Numbered from the stretch's first letter, positions 19,467 to 29,364 are shown. The stretch: DNA of 64,000 bases from Verrucomicrobiota bacterium (GCA_039798785.1 JBDKFG010000002.1:1-64000); one strand, 5' to 3'. The notes: generated from the sequence alone by a model not told the origin. Program-made: numbers and translations.

Positions 19467-20429
19467 TCACTTTACGGGTTGGAGTAGGGTCAGAGAAGCA
19501 GCCGTCGTGGAACGACGAGCGGAAAGAGCGGCGCGGCAGAGGATCTCATTGCTGCGATCTTCGAGAAGCTGCGAGGCGAGTTTATCGACCGATGGATCGC
19601 GGAGAGTGACGAGAGCGTGGAGGGAAGCTGCCCGCAGCATTTCGGGAGCGCTATCGTCCATCACCAGGGTGCGTAATTGTTCTTGACCGCCACCCAGTTT
19701 ACCCAGGCATTGAGCGGCAGCGATGCGATCAGGATGAGAACCTTGATTCAAGAGGAGCAAGGCCTCGGCAGTGAGGTTGAGGTTGCCCTTGGGGAAAGTC
19801 GCCGGGAGGCGCGACAAGGCGATCAAGGCCCCGCCGGCAATTGTCGGCTGACTGTCGTGCAAAAGCTCGACCATGGTTTTAAAGAGAGCCATTTCCTTGG
19901 ACGAAAGCTGGCTTGGATCGAGCCGCCCGAGGAATTCGTGCATGTACTGGAGGGTGTATTCCCGAATGACGGGATCACGACCTTGGTCATGTAGCACCGC
20001 CTTGAAGGAGTCTGCGGCAAGCGAAGTATCCGGTGCCGTGCGAGCGAGGCACTGGATGACATCGTTTTTCCACGCCCATTCCAGATCAGTCTTGGGGTTT
20101 TCGTAGGCAAGCTGCAAGGCGAGCTGCTGCTGTGGCGTCATGGCTCCCAGTTCGAGTTTTCGAAGCATGAGACCGCGTTCAGGTAGGGGTGCCAGAGGAT
20201 CGAGAATGCAGGTCAGCATCGGGTCGCAAGCATCTGAGTCCGGCAATTGGAGCGGCTCATCCTGATTGACTCTCGTGGCCGATTGAGTCTTTTTGTGGAG
20301 CGAAGCGGCGACGCTGTCGGATACGTCGATCGCGGGAGCCTTCTCCTGATCATGGCGCGATAGCTGCCACGCAACGCCGGTCGCGAGCAAGCCGAGCATG
20401 ACTCCATAAATGAAATGACGGGTTTTCAT
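19467..20429 (-). CDS. Membrane-anchored HEAT-repeat protein
   Basis: N-terminal TM/signal; helical repeats (VIREYTLQYM, RIAAAQCLGKLG, LRAASLHALVTL); 7 bp from the rhs start. Confidence 0.75.
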   Translation of the reverse strand: MKTRHFIYGVMLGLLATGVAWQLSRHDQEKAPAIDVSDSVAASLHKKTQSATRVNQDEPLQLPDSDACDPMLTCILDPLAPLPERGLMLRKLELGAMTPQQQLALQLAYENPKTDLEWAWKNDVIQCLARTAPDTSLAADSFKAVLHDQGRDPVIREYTLQYMHEFLGRLDPSQLSSKEMALFKTMVELLHDSQPTIAGGALIALSRLPATFPKGNLNLTAEALLLLNQGSHPDRIAAAQCLGKLGGGQEQLRTLVMDDSAPEMLRAASLHALVTLRDPSVDKLASQLLEDRSNEILCRAALSARRSTTAASLTLLQPVK

Positions 20430-20439
20430 GACTTGGCTC

Positions 20440-23400
20440 TTATCTTCGCTGTCCGACCAAGTCGGCGTCCTGGTAGACTTTCATGCGGTGGCAAGCGGCA
20501 CCAAGACGTTCTGGCACTTTATAGAGAATGAGATTGGCAAAGCCGAATTGAGTGAAGTCCGCAGGGGTGAACCAGTGATCCGTGCCGCCATCAACGGTAG
20601 TCACCCCGGCGATGAAGACTTCGGCCTTGATACGCAGATCGGCAGGAGCTTTGCGGGAGAGGAAGACACGGTCTTCGACTCGGTAATTGCCGGAGGGCAG
20701 TAAGCTTGTCTTGGTCGGGTAACCTTCGACGATTTCACGCAGCCAGAAGGCAGAAAGCGGGACGGTTCCGATGATCGGGCCGCCGGGGCCGAGGCGGGCG
20801 ATGAGGGACATCTCTTCGCTATGTTCGTCGCGGCTGACGATGAAGCTGTTTTCCAGGTTGCCCATGGAGAAGGACGCGGTGCCGAAGCCTTCGACGAGGA
20901 CACCCGACGGGAGATTGGACCAGGTGAAGGTTCTGGGGCGATTGATCCACAAGTCTAGAGGATTGGCAGCGTCGCAGCGAGGAATGACTTTGACGAGCAG
21001 GCTGCCATTGTGAACTTGGCCGTTGGAATCGGTCATTGAGGAGCTGACAGTGACATTGCCGGGAATGTCGAATTTATGGGCGATGGCGAGATCAATGCCC
21101 GCAGGCTGGGTTTGGGCGCCGATGCTGACGGTTCCCGTGGCGCGTTCATCATCAATCAACCAAGCGTTGAGGCGAAGTGAATCTCCTTGGCGGATGACCA
21201 TTTCGCCACCGTCGAGCACATTCGTTTCGGCCCATGTGACTTGGCGGCTCAGGATGCGAGCATTGTTTTCAAAGGAACAGGTCACTTTTGTGCTGAGACC
21301 TTGATCAGCAAGAGGGACATCGGCAAACCAGCGGCGCCAGGTGCCACGACGAACCAATCCTGACGAAGAGTTGTTCTGGCCATCGATCTGCCAAGTTGAA
21401 TTGACTGTCATCAAGGGCAAGTGGGTCGCTCGGCCTTCAATACACAGCGGAGACACTTTCGAGCTAGCGGGCACTTCGTCGAGTGTGCAAGTCGAGGCGA
21501 GCGAGTTGCTGATCCAGCTGCGGTTCTCAGTGTCGACGCTACCCGGCTTGATCAGACGCAAGGATTTGATTTTAAGCTGATTGCAGGCGTGGATATTCTC
21601 CCAGTGAATGACCAGTCGGTGCTGATCGTCACTGAGGTAAGGACTGAGGAAGCGGAAGGTAACCGGGCCACCGGAGCTCATGTCCTTCTGCAGCAAGCCC
21701 AAGCTCATGCCATTGACCTCGGCCTCAAGATCAAATATGCTCGCTCCGGGAGCGGGCGAAGCGACTCCGAACAGTTGACGTTCGGCAAGCACTTCCACCA
21801 CATAGAGACCGCCAGAGGGGATATTGATGGCATACTGGAGATTGCCTCCAAAGCTGGTGCAGAGAGCTTCAGCACCCGTGAATTGCCACTCGCCTTTGCC
21901 AACTTGCCCCTCCGAAGGAGCCAAATTCAGGATTTGTTCATTTGTGCCCGAGAAATCCGCGAGCAAGGGATTGGAGTGGAAGAGCTGAAGTTCGTCGCCG
22001 TCATTGATGCTGTCGCCATCAGTGTCAGCTTTTGTCGGGTCGGTGGCGTAGCCGAAGACTGCGAGAGCTTCGTCGCCGTCATGAATTCCGTCACCGTCAG
22101 TGTCGACCTTGGTCTTGTCGCTGCCCGCGATTAATTCGGCTGCATCATTAAGGCCATCCTGATCCCAGTCGGCGGTGGCCGCAAGGGCGCCGTGAGCGAG
22201 GATGCTGCGGTAGAAGAACTCACTAGGGATGACTTCCTTGCCGGGGCGGCCTGGAGCAGTCCAAGAGAGGATGCAAGAGTGGGCACCGCCAGCTTCGAAG
22301 TATTCGGTGCGGAACTTGTGGAGGCCGGCCGAGAGGGTCACTGTGGCGGTTTTTGCTGAAGCTCCGTGCAATCCGTCGAAGTCGAGGGCTTTGCTTTCGC
22401 GGGCGGGTCCAATGACTTGGACTTCTGCGAGGGAGAGATAGTTGCTGCCGTTGAGCTGCACCTTGACGCTGTCGGCGCTAATGCCGGCGGGAAGGGAGAA
22501 TGTGAGAGCTTGAGACGCCGTCGCGGTGCCGGGATAGACTTGGCTCCAAACCACAGTGCCATTCAGGCTGGCGCTTACGGTGAAATTGGCGAGACGATTG
22601 GCTGCCTCCTCCCGGTTATGCACGATGACGGAAGTGACGGGCGAAGCCGGGAAGGCGACTTTAAACCAAGGTTGGGATTCCCAGTTGGTGTGGGTGACCG
22701 AGTTGTTGTTGTAGATGCCGTCAGTGTTGCCGTCGATGGCGCGGCTCGGGCTGCCGCTGCCGTAGACGCTGCTTTGGGTAGCGGCGGCATCCAAGATGCG
22801 AGGGCAGGAGCCGGAAGGAAGGCCGGCTCCTTCGATAAAGGTGCGGCTTCCATCATCAGAAACCATTTCGAGCGTGTAGCTTCCAGATTCAGGCGCGTAG
22901 AGCCAGCCGCTGAATTGGGTAGCGACATAATTGCGTTTTGAGGAACCTGCCGCGACGCCGTAGTAGCTGTTGCCGAAATTGATCTGAGCTTGCTTCTTGA
23001 CTTCGTTGGGGGATTTGCGGGCGGCGATTCCGGAGAGATCGGGCGAAGTGTAATCGTGATAATAAGCGGCGCTGAGGCCGTTTTCGCTCGGGCCGATGGC
23101 GGCCAGGGCAGCGGCTTTTTGGTCGACGAGTGGATCAAGGCCGCGCTCATGTTCGAAGAAGTCAGAGAGGCCGTCGCCGTCAGTGTCGGCTTGAGCGATG
23201 TTGGTGCCGAGAGTGCTTTCCTCGCTGTCGCGGAGGCCGTCGCCGTCGGTATCGATGATGATCGGCAAGCTGAGTTCAGCGGTCACCGCACCGGCTGCGC
23301 CATTCAGAATGAAGAGCAGTTGTTCGTCTTGTAGGGAATTGGGAGCGCTGCGGTAGGCGATGCGGCCGGCGAGGATTTCGGCTTGGGTGAAGCTGTCGGT

Positions 23401-24759
23401 GGAGCTGAGGGCGATGCCGTCACGCTCCAAGGTGCCGTGGGCGGGCAAAGCGGTGATCTGGTAGCGGAAGAGATCGGCATCGAGGCCGTGTTGACGGGGA
23501 TCGAGGTTGGCAAGAGTGATCAGCGTCGGGATGCTGGCTTTGGAGCTTAGGGTCTTGGGAGTCAATTCGAGTGCCACTTCAGGAGCCAGCATGAACTCGA
23601 TTTCGGCAACGTTGGTGTAGGAGCCGCTCGGAGCCAAATATCTGAAGAATCTGGAGGGCTGCTGTTGCAATGTGGGGACGGAAAGTTCCTGCCAAGCGAG
23701 AATGGGGGTGTTATTGATGCTTGCGAGATCCTGCCAAGTCAATCCATCCAGCGAACCCTGAAATTTTCCGCCGGACATCCGGTCAGTCTGGCCACTGCGC
23801 GGGTAGAAGCGGATACTGAGGGGGGCGAGGTTACGATCCTGGCCGAGGTCAAGGCCGACGTGGCCGCTAGAGAAGAGCGTGTCAACTACGCTTGAGGTGT
23901 TTTCATCAAAGGCATTGTCGAACTCATTTCCAGCCGAGTGAGCCGGAGTGGTGCCGAAGGCGGTGAATCGAGTGGCTTTCTCCGCAGTGAGCGGTGTGCA
24001 ACGCTCGATGCGCTTGCAGAGTTCATGGAAGGCGAAATAGCGCTCGGCGAGAGTGGCGGAAACCGGCAGGTTGGAGGCGTCATTACGGCGAGCGAGCAGG
24101 TTGGCGCGTTGCGCTGCGCAGACCTGACCGATCAGATTTCCTTCGTTGCTGGCTGTGGCCGCGAGGACTTCATCCGCCTTGCTGACCGCTTGGCTCAGAA
24201 GACCGAGAAGGTTGTCGTAGGAGAGAGATTCGAGCTGCTCTTGAGGGATGGGGGCGAAGGCGCCGCCGTTGAAGGAAGTGGCGATTGAGGCGTGGTCGGC
24301 GGATCCGATATCCCGGACGAGCGCTTTTAGGGCGATTTTTGTGCCTGCGGTGAGGGTGAATTCCTGGCTCTGGGCGGTGTAATTCTGGAAGGAGGTCCAG
24401 CCGGTGATTTGCGCGACTGGCACCAGATTGATCGGCAATCCGTTCTCCAGGGACAGCCAGAGCTTGGAGCCGTCATCGGAGGCTAATCCGAGCTTATAAA
24501 TTCCGCTTGCCGGAACAATCCAGGTGGCCTCAACAAGGGCCAAGCCATCGGTTCCCGGGAGGTGGTTCTGAAATTCGAATTTCGGGAACTCAGTCACTGC
24601 AAGGGGCTGGTATGGGTATTGGGGCAGCTTAGTGATCGCCTCCGGATTGTTCCCGGCGGGTGCCTGATTGAAGCGGCGGACCGTTGCACCTTGATCTGCA
24701 GCTAGCAGAGGAAGGCTGAACATGAGAGCGGCGAGACTGGAGGCGAAAATCGAATTCAT
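20440..24759 (-). CDS. Secreted multi-lectin protein: PA14, F5/8-C discoidin, cadherin-like repeat, TSP3-like DxDGDG repeats, second PA14 with inserted F-type lectin, unknown C-terminal region
   Basis: Signal peptide; two SDDGS motifs; RFYPR..RMSGGKFQGS discoidin; DTDGDGL repeats; AIDGN..THT..NREEAANRL..LSLAEVQV. Confidence 0.8.
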   Translation of the reverse strand: MNSIFASSLAALMFSLPLLAADQGATVRRFNQAPAGNNPEAITKLPQYPYQPLAVTEFPKFEFQNHLPGTDGLALVEATWIVPASGIYKLGLASDDGSKLWLSLENGLPINLVPVAQITGWTSFQNYTAQSQEFTLTAGTKIALKALVRDIGSADHASIATSFNGGAFAPIPQEQLESLSYDNLLGLLSQAVSKADEVLAATASNEGNLIGQVCAAQRANLLARRNDASNLPVSATLAERYFAFHELCKRIERCTPLTAEKATRFTAFGTTPAHSAGNEFDNAFDENTSSVVDTLFSSGHVGLDLGQDRNLAPLSIRFYPRSGQTDRMSGGKFQGSLDGLTWQDLASINNTPILAWQELSVPTLQQQPSRFFRYLAPSGSYTNVAEIEFMLAPEVALELTPKTLSSKASIPTLITLANLDPRQHGLDADLFRYQITALPAHGTLERDGIALSSTDSFTQAEILAGRIAYRSAPNSLQDEQLLFILNGAAGAVTAELSLPIIIDTDGDGLRDSEESTLGTNIAQADTDGDGLSDFFEHERGLDPLVDQKAAALAAIGPSENGLSAAYYHDYTSPDLSGIAARKSPNEVKKQAQINFGNSYYGVAAGSSKRNYVATQFSGWLYAPESGSYTLEMVSDDGSRTFIEGAGLPSGSCPRILDAAATQSSVYGSGSPSRAIDGNTDGIYNNNSVTHTNWESQPWFKVAFPASPVTSVIVHNREEAANRLANFTVSASLNGTVVWSQVYPGTATASQALTFSLPAGISADSVKVQLNGSNYLSLAEVQVIGPARESKALDFDGLHGASAKTATVTLSAGLHKFRTEYFEAGGAHSCILSWTAPGRPGKEVIPSEFFYRSILAHGALAATADWDQDGLNDAAELIAGSDKTKVDTDGDGIHDGDEALAVFGYATDPTKADTDGDSINDGDELQLFHSNPLLADFSGTNEQILNLAPSEGQVGKGEWQFTGAEALCTSFGGNLQYAINIPSGGLYVVEVLAERQLFGVASPAPGASIFDLEAEVNGMSLGLLQKDMSSGGPVTFRFLSPYLSDDQHRLVIHWENIHACNQLKIKSLRLIKPGSVDTENRSWISNSLASTCTLDEVPASSKVSPLCIEGRATHLPLMTVNSTWQIDGQNNSSSGLVRRGTWRRWFADVPLADQGLSTKVTCSFENNARILSRQVTWAETNVLDGGEMVIRQGDSLRLNAWLIDDERATGTVSIGAQTQPAGIDLAIAHKFDIPGNVTVSSSMTDSNGQVHNGSLLVKVIPRCDAANPLDLWINRPRTFTWSNLPSGVLVEGFGTASFSMGNLENSFIVSRDEHSEEMSLIARLGPGGPIIGTVPLSAFWLREIVEGYPTKTSLLPSGNYRVEDRVFLSRKAPADLRIKAEVFIAGVTTVDGGTDHWFTPADFTQFGFANLILYKVPERLGAACHRMKVYQDADLVGQRR

Positions 24760-25017
24760 GGAGTTTTCCGTGGGATCGGTTGGGCAAGAAAGTCCGCGAC
24801 TTTAGACAATTTTCCGCAGCTTGCAAGTTGCCGATAGGATAATTTTCGGTTAAGTGCGAAGTTGAGCTCCAAAAAACATCGATTATGATGGAACTTCTAG
24901 CCATTTCAGCCCTCCGGAGTGGCCTTTTCTCCGGCTACAGGAGGTTGTAAGTGTAATCAGGGGGAGTACTCATGGGTCTGTAAATTCTACGCGGTTCGTA
25001 CTCGCACTGGGACGATT

Positions 25018-26295
25018 TCAAGAATCTGATTTTTTGCTCCCGTCAAAAAGGGGAATACCAAGAGACCGTCGTTTTTTGTGAACCGTGGCGCCGCAGATAC
25101 CCAGTTGTCTAGCTAAAGCCGAGTCGCTCATCGTTCCAAAAAGCGCGATATGCTCGGCTTGCCAGTTGAATCCCTTGCCGAGACGGCTCATGGGCTTGTG
25201 TTTGAAAAGAGGGATCTGATGTTTGTGTCGCATCCCCATGACCGCTCCGCTGCTCAAGCCCATGCGTCGCGCCAATTCGGAATCGGTCATGGTGCCCAGT
25301 AAAGCCAGGTTTTCTGCCGTCCAGTGCTTGGTAAGAAATGCCGGTATCCCGCGTGCCACTCTCTCGGTGGAGACCGTATTAGGACGGCAGCCGATCTCCT
25401 TCGCCAAAGCCTTGTCGGTCATGGTCCCGAGTTTGTCGAGCCATTTCCGGGTCCAACAGAAAGAATCGTCGAAGAAATTTTCTTCATACGGAGCAATGCC
25501 GTGTCGGCGACGTTGGGTACTGACTGAGCCGGCATGGATTCCCAATTGCCTCGCCACTTCGTTATCACTCATCGTGCCGAGCAGCGCCACTCGATCCTCC
25601 GTCCAGAAACTGCGGCGTGGAGAGCTGAGCCCTCGTTGAATCCGCCATCGGCGAATGGTTTGAGCAGGGATCTTCCACCACTCCGACAGGACTGAATCCA
25701 GCTCTTGGCCGAGCCATTTCTCCTGCTCTGGACTGGGCTGCAAGGGAGCGCCAAAAACGGGAATCCCCAGCTCTTTCCTCGTCTTCCTTACCGTTGGTGA
25801 ATTCAAACCGTGGCTTCTGGCGAAATCCTCGTCGCTCATGGTCCCGAGAAGCGGGAGCAAAGCGTCCGGAACAGAGAAGCTTCTTCCGGCAATGCCGCGT
25901 CGTCGCCGATACTGCGTCACGGAAGCAGGTAAGACACCTTCGCGTTGCGCGATTTCGACATCACTCAAGACGCCCATCTGAGCGATGCTCTCAGCCGAGG
26001 GCTGCCATTTCGGCTTGGCGGCGATGTTGTGCCGGTAGCGGTGTTCCTTGATCAGATTTTTGCTGACCCCGGCAAGCCGTGCGATTTGCTTGTCACTCGT
26101 GTTTCCCAACAGGTGCTCGAATTCAGGGGGCAGTTTCCAGGCTTCATCGCGAGGGCGAGCGGCGATGCCATGACGCTTGCGGTAGTTGTAGATCGTGTAA
26201 TGCGGCACGCCCCAGAGCTCTCCCAGTGTCTTGTCCGTCTCGGTCCCGAGAGCTGCCAGCTGCTCCGGACTCGGCTGCCATTCTGGTTTTGGCAT
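25018..26295 (-). CDS. Tandem HTH-like repeat protein (9 x ~44 aa)
   Basis: Repeat consensus W..E...LLGT.SD..LA..LG.....V...R...GIP; start chosen at MPKPEW. Confidence 0.8.
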   Translation of the reverse strand: MPKPEWQPSPEQLAALGTETDKTLGELWGVPHYTIYNYRKRHGIAARPRDEAWKLPPEFEHLLGNTSDKQIARLAGVSKNLIKEHRYRHNIAAKPKWQPSAESIAQMGVLSDVEIAQREGVLPASVTQYRRRRGIAGRSFSVPDALLPLLGTMSDEDFARSHGLNSPTVRKTRKELGIPVFGAPLQPSPEQEKWLGQELDSVLSEWWKIPAQTIRRWRIQRGLSSPRRSFWTEDRVALLGTMSDNEVARQLGIHAGSVSTQRRRHGIAPYEENFFDDSFCWTRKWLDKLGTMTDKALAKEIGCRPNTVSTERVARGIPAFLTKHWTAENLALLGTMTDSELARRMGLSSGAVMGMRHKHQIPLFKHKPMSRLGKGFNWQAEHIALFGTMSDSALARQLGICGATVHKKRRSLGIPLFDGSKKSDS

Positions 26296-26378
26296 CTTAG
26301 GCTTCCGTTCTGCTATCGCTGCGAAGCTTCGGCGGGATATGGGATGGCTCGGCACCGATCCTATCGAGCAACGGCATG

Positions 26379-27521
26379 TCAAGTTCTTCGGTCATTTTTC
26401 TTCTTTCCGTAATTGGTTGTCGACCTGAAGTTGGGAATCCCGCGTTTGATACGCTCTTTGTAGACAGCAGTTTCGCCGCGTCCAAGTTCCTTAGCTAAAC
26501 GGGTGTCGGGCTTGGTCCCCAAAAGGATGATCTCTTCTTGACTCCAAGCGAATGGGTCGTGAGCCGGGATTTTCAAAGCTTCTCGCTTGATCCACACCGA
26601 ACGGGTGCCGATGCCGTAGCGGGCGGCGAAGTCCTTGTCGAGCATCTTCCCGAGATTGGCAATCATCTCCTCCGTCCAGTCGATGCCGACCCCCTTCTTT
26701 TTTGCGTAGGCCGGGATTCCCAGGCACCTGCGTCTATCACCGACGACATGGGGCTTGATGCCCAAGTCCTCGGCGAGTTGCCGATCAGAGACCGTGCCCA
26801 GGAGATGATCGTCTTCCGGATTCCACAGGGGGTTATTATAGGTCGGAATGTTGAGGCGCAAGCGATGATGGGCGATGATGCTGTGACTGATTCCCCAGAG
26901 TCGTTCAAGTTCCGCATCCGGAGCGGTTCCGAGAAGCGCCAATTGCGATTCGCTGAGCTGTATCGCGGTGGAGAAGGCCGGAATACTTCGATGGATGCGT
27001 TGGGTGCGAACGGAGTAGTAGGAAATCCCGAATCGGCGTCCCAGCTCGAAATCGCTTGCCGTACCCAACATCAGCTCTTCTTCAGGGCTTGGTTTCCAGT
27101 GAGGATCATAAGCGGGGATATTGTGAAGTTCGCGATAGCTGGTGATACGAATTTTCGGAACCGAGAATTCACGGGCGAGCAGTTCATCAGGTTCGTTGCC
27201 GATGCGAGTCAGCATTTCCTCTGTCGGGCTCCAATCCTGAGTGCTCGGGATCTCGTGTTTCAACCTGTAGGCGCAGACCTGGTAGGTTGAGGCTCCGACG
27301 ATCTTGGCCAACTGGGCGTCGCTGATTTTCCCTAGCAGCGCCTTGTGTTTTGGCGATGGTTTCCAGCCTTGATTGCGAAAGCCGGCGATTTTGTAGCGGT
27401 GCGTGCGGTAGTGTTCGATTTTCCAGACATTGAGTTGCCAAAGTTCCGCTAGCTCGGCATCGGGACGGGTGCCGAGCAACTTGATCTGTTCGGGAGTGGG
27501 TTGCCAACCGCGATTAGACAT
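26379..27521 (-). CDS. Tandem HTH-like repeat protein (8 x ~44 aa)
   Basis: Same repeat consensus; AGGAAGG RBS before MSNRGW. Confidence 0.8.
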   Translation of the reverse strand: MSNRGWQPTPEQIKLLGTRPDAELAELWQLNVWKIEHYRTHRYKIAGFRNQGWKPSPKHKALLGKISDAQLAKIVGASTYQVCAYRLKHEIPSTQDWSPTEEMLTRIGNEPDELLAREFSVPKIRITSYRELHNIPAYDPHWKPSPEEELMLGTASDFELGRRFGISYYSVRTQRIHRSIPAFSTAIQLSESQLALLGTAPDAELERLWGISHSIIAHHRLRLNIPTYNNPLWNPEDDHLLGTVSDRQLAEDLGIKPHVVGDRRRCLGIPAYAKKKGVGIDWTEEMIANLGKMLDKDFAARYGIGTRSVWIKREALKIPAHDPFAWSQEEIILLGTKPDTRLAKELGRGETAVYKERIKRGIPNFRSTTNYGKKKNDRRT

Positions 27522-27972
27522 GGTTTGGCCTTCCTGTTTTCTCAAGAGTACGCGACATGATTCAATCTCCGTGTAGAGCGGTGTAGCGGGCATATTTAGC
27601 AAGGCCAGAGGGGGGCTTCAGGGTCATGTCAGGGAAGACTTCCGGGCTTCCTGTTTCTGCTGCTGTTCGCGACTGGGTTTCTTCGACATGGGGTCTCTCA
27701 GTTTGATTGGCCCCCAAAGTAAGCCTGCCTGCACAATCGCCAAGATTTGCAGGAAAGTGATCAAGGCGAAAATGAGTGCAGAAATGCCTTGCCGAGGCGG
27801 GCTTTTGGACCGCAGAAAGGGCTGGAAAAGTGAGGCCAGGAGGAAGGTTCAGGAGCTCGATTTACGAGATTTACACGAAGACTCATTGACGGCCGGCGTC
27901 CTTACGATACTTGTGCCGTGTGAGCCTGTCGCTTGCACCGATCCGGGGAATTAACAGCGCTCCGGGTCAAGG

Positions 27973-28014
27973 ATGCCGCTGGAGTCGATGATCCCCCTCC
28001 AGCGGTGTTTTTTT
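27973..28014 (+). terminator. Strong hairpin with + strand T-tract
   Basis: ATGCCGCTGGAG...CTCCAGCGGTGT followed by TTTTTT. Confidence 0.5.
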
Positions 28015-28029
28015 CATCCTCAACTGAGC

Positions 28030-28959
28030 TCAAACCGGAGGCAGACCAAGGGCCACTTTCGTGCCATTCAGCGACCAGTCCCTCAAGATGGCGGCGATGC
28101 GCTGCATCTCGCCGCGTCCGAGGTAGGGTTGAGGTGCGGAGGACTTGCCGTCACGCCAAGCGAAATATTCCCTGATCCGCTCTTCCATGAACTTGCTCAA
28201 GTTCCTCCTGTTCATGGTCTTGAGAGGCGCGTTTTTGGCGGAGCTGTAGTCAATGTAATCGGCGCCCCAGAAGACCAACAATGGGTTCACATGGCGCTGG
28301 AATCCAGCGTTGTCCAAGACCTTCTTTACCAGCTTGGCTTGTGCGAGAGCCTGCTTCACGGATTCGGTGTCGCGGTAGCCGTTGACGGTGACTGCCTCGC
28401 CATCGAAGACGATGTCAAGCTTGCCGTCCTTGCGTTCACGGACCTTGCCTTCGAGAGTGAAGACGCCCCAAGGGCAGACGAGTACGTGATCGATGTTGCC
28501 CTGGCCGGTTTGCAGATCGTGAAGGACGTAGCCGTCGACGTTACGTAGGCGTTCCAGGTACATTCCAAGCTTGATCTCCCCTTCGCGGGCGTTGCGCAGC
28601 TGGTGGAGTTTGGTCTTAAGGGTTTCGACATCAGCTTTCTTGGCTTTTCCCTTTCGCAGCGTTTTTCGAATGAAATAGCCTCCGAGCAAAATGTAGGCCA
28701 AGCACATGGCGTAGAAGAGCAGAGTAGGGACCTTGAAAATGGATCGTAGGCACTCGTGAAAGACCAGGCCGCCACCCAAGATGACAAGGGACATTCCCAA
28801 GCCCGCGTCGGCGAAGAGATCGAGTCGGGATTCCGCAATGCCGGCCAGTTCAGCCTCATGTTTGGAGATCATCTCTTCGATGCCTTCGCCAGGAAGACGC
28901 AGGCGGTTGTCATCGGCGAGGAAGTAGTCGGTCTGGCTCGTCTGGCTGTCGTGAGGCAT
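28030..28959 (-). CDS. Membrane-anchored NERD nuclease-related domain protein
   Basis: Two TM helices, then GE..., VLHDL...NIDHVLVCPWGVFTLEGK. Confidence 0.85.
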   Translation of the reverse strand: MPHDSQTSQTDYFLADDNRLRLPGEGIEEMISKHEAELAGIAESRLDLFADAGLGMSLVILGGGLVFHECLRSIFKVPTLLFYAMCLAYILLGGYFIRKTLRKGKAKKADVETLKTKLHQLRNAREGEIKLGMYLERLRNVDGYVLHDLQTGQGNIDHVLVCPWGVFTLEGKVRERKDGKLDIVFDGEAVTVNGYRDTESVKQALAQAKLVKKVLDNAGFQRHVNPLLVFWGADYIDYSSAKNAPLKTMNRRNLSKFMEERIREYFAWRDGKSSAPQPYLGRGEMQRIAAILRDWSLNGTKVALGLPPV

Positions 28960-29073
28960 GGCGCACCTTGGTTAAGTTAGTAGGCAGAGGCAGACTTTAT
29001 GATCGCTCTGGAGTCAATGCAAGCTTGCCAGTGAGCTAAGTCACAGCAGATTCAGCGAGACCCAGTTCAACAC

Positions 29074-29364
29074 TTGAATCCCAATCGGAGAGCCAGCCTG
29101 GAAGCCAAGCCCGAGTCCGCTAAAGCCCCCAACGGTGCCAAGAAAGCCGAAGGCCGCAAGAATCTCAAGACTCTGCGCGAAGCCCTCAGCGCCTTGAACT
29201 CGGTTCAGCTGGTCAACTTCTTTGCCGGCTTCGAAGACCTCAAGGCGATTCAGCGTGCGGTGAACAAAGCAGCTAAGGCGCAGGAAGACAAGGGCGCCTC
29301 CAAGCTCGAAAAGCAGATCGCCAAGCTGCAAAAACAGCTGGAAGCGGTCAAGGCCGCGAAGTAA
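29074..29364 (+). CDS. Small Lys/Ala-rich coiled-coil protein (start uncertain)
   Basis: Strong codon bias; amphipathic helices. Confidence 0.55.
   Translation: MNPNRRASLEAKPESAKAPNGAKKAEGRKNLKTLREALSALNSVQLVNFFAGFEDLKAIQRAVNKAAKAQEDKGASKLEKQIAKLQKQLEAVKAAK

Noticed and set aside
8666..24759. T6SS or CDI (two-partner) locus
   Set aside because: No VgrG/PAAR/Hcp, CdiB or haemagglutinin repeats recognised; only the toxin tip resembles a CdiA-CT
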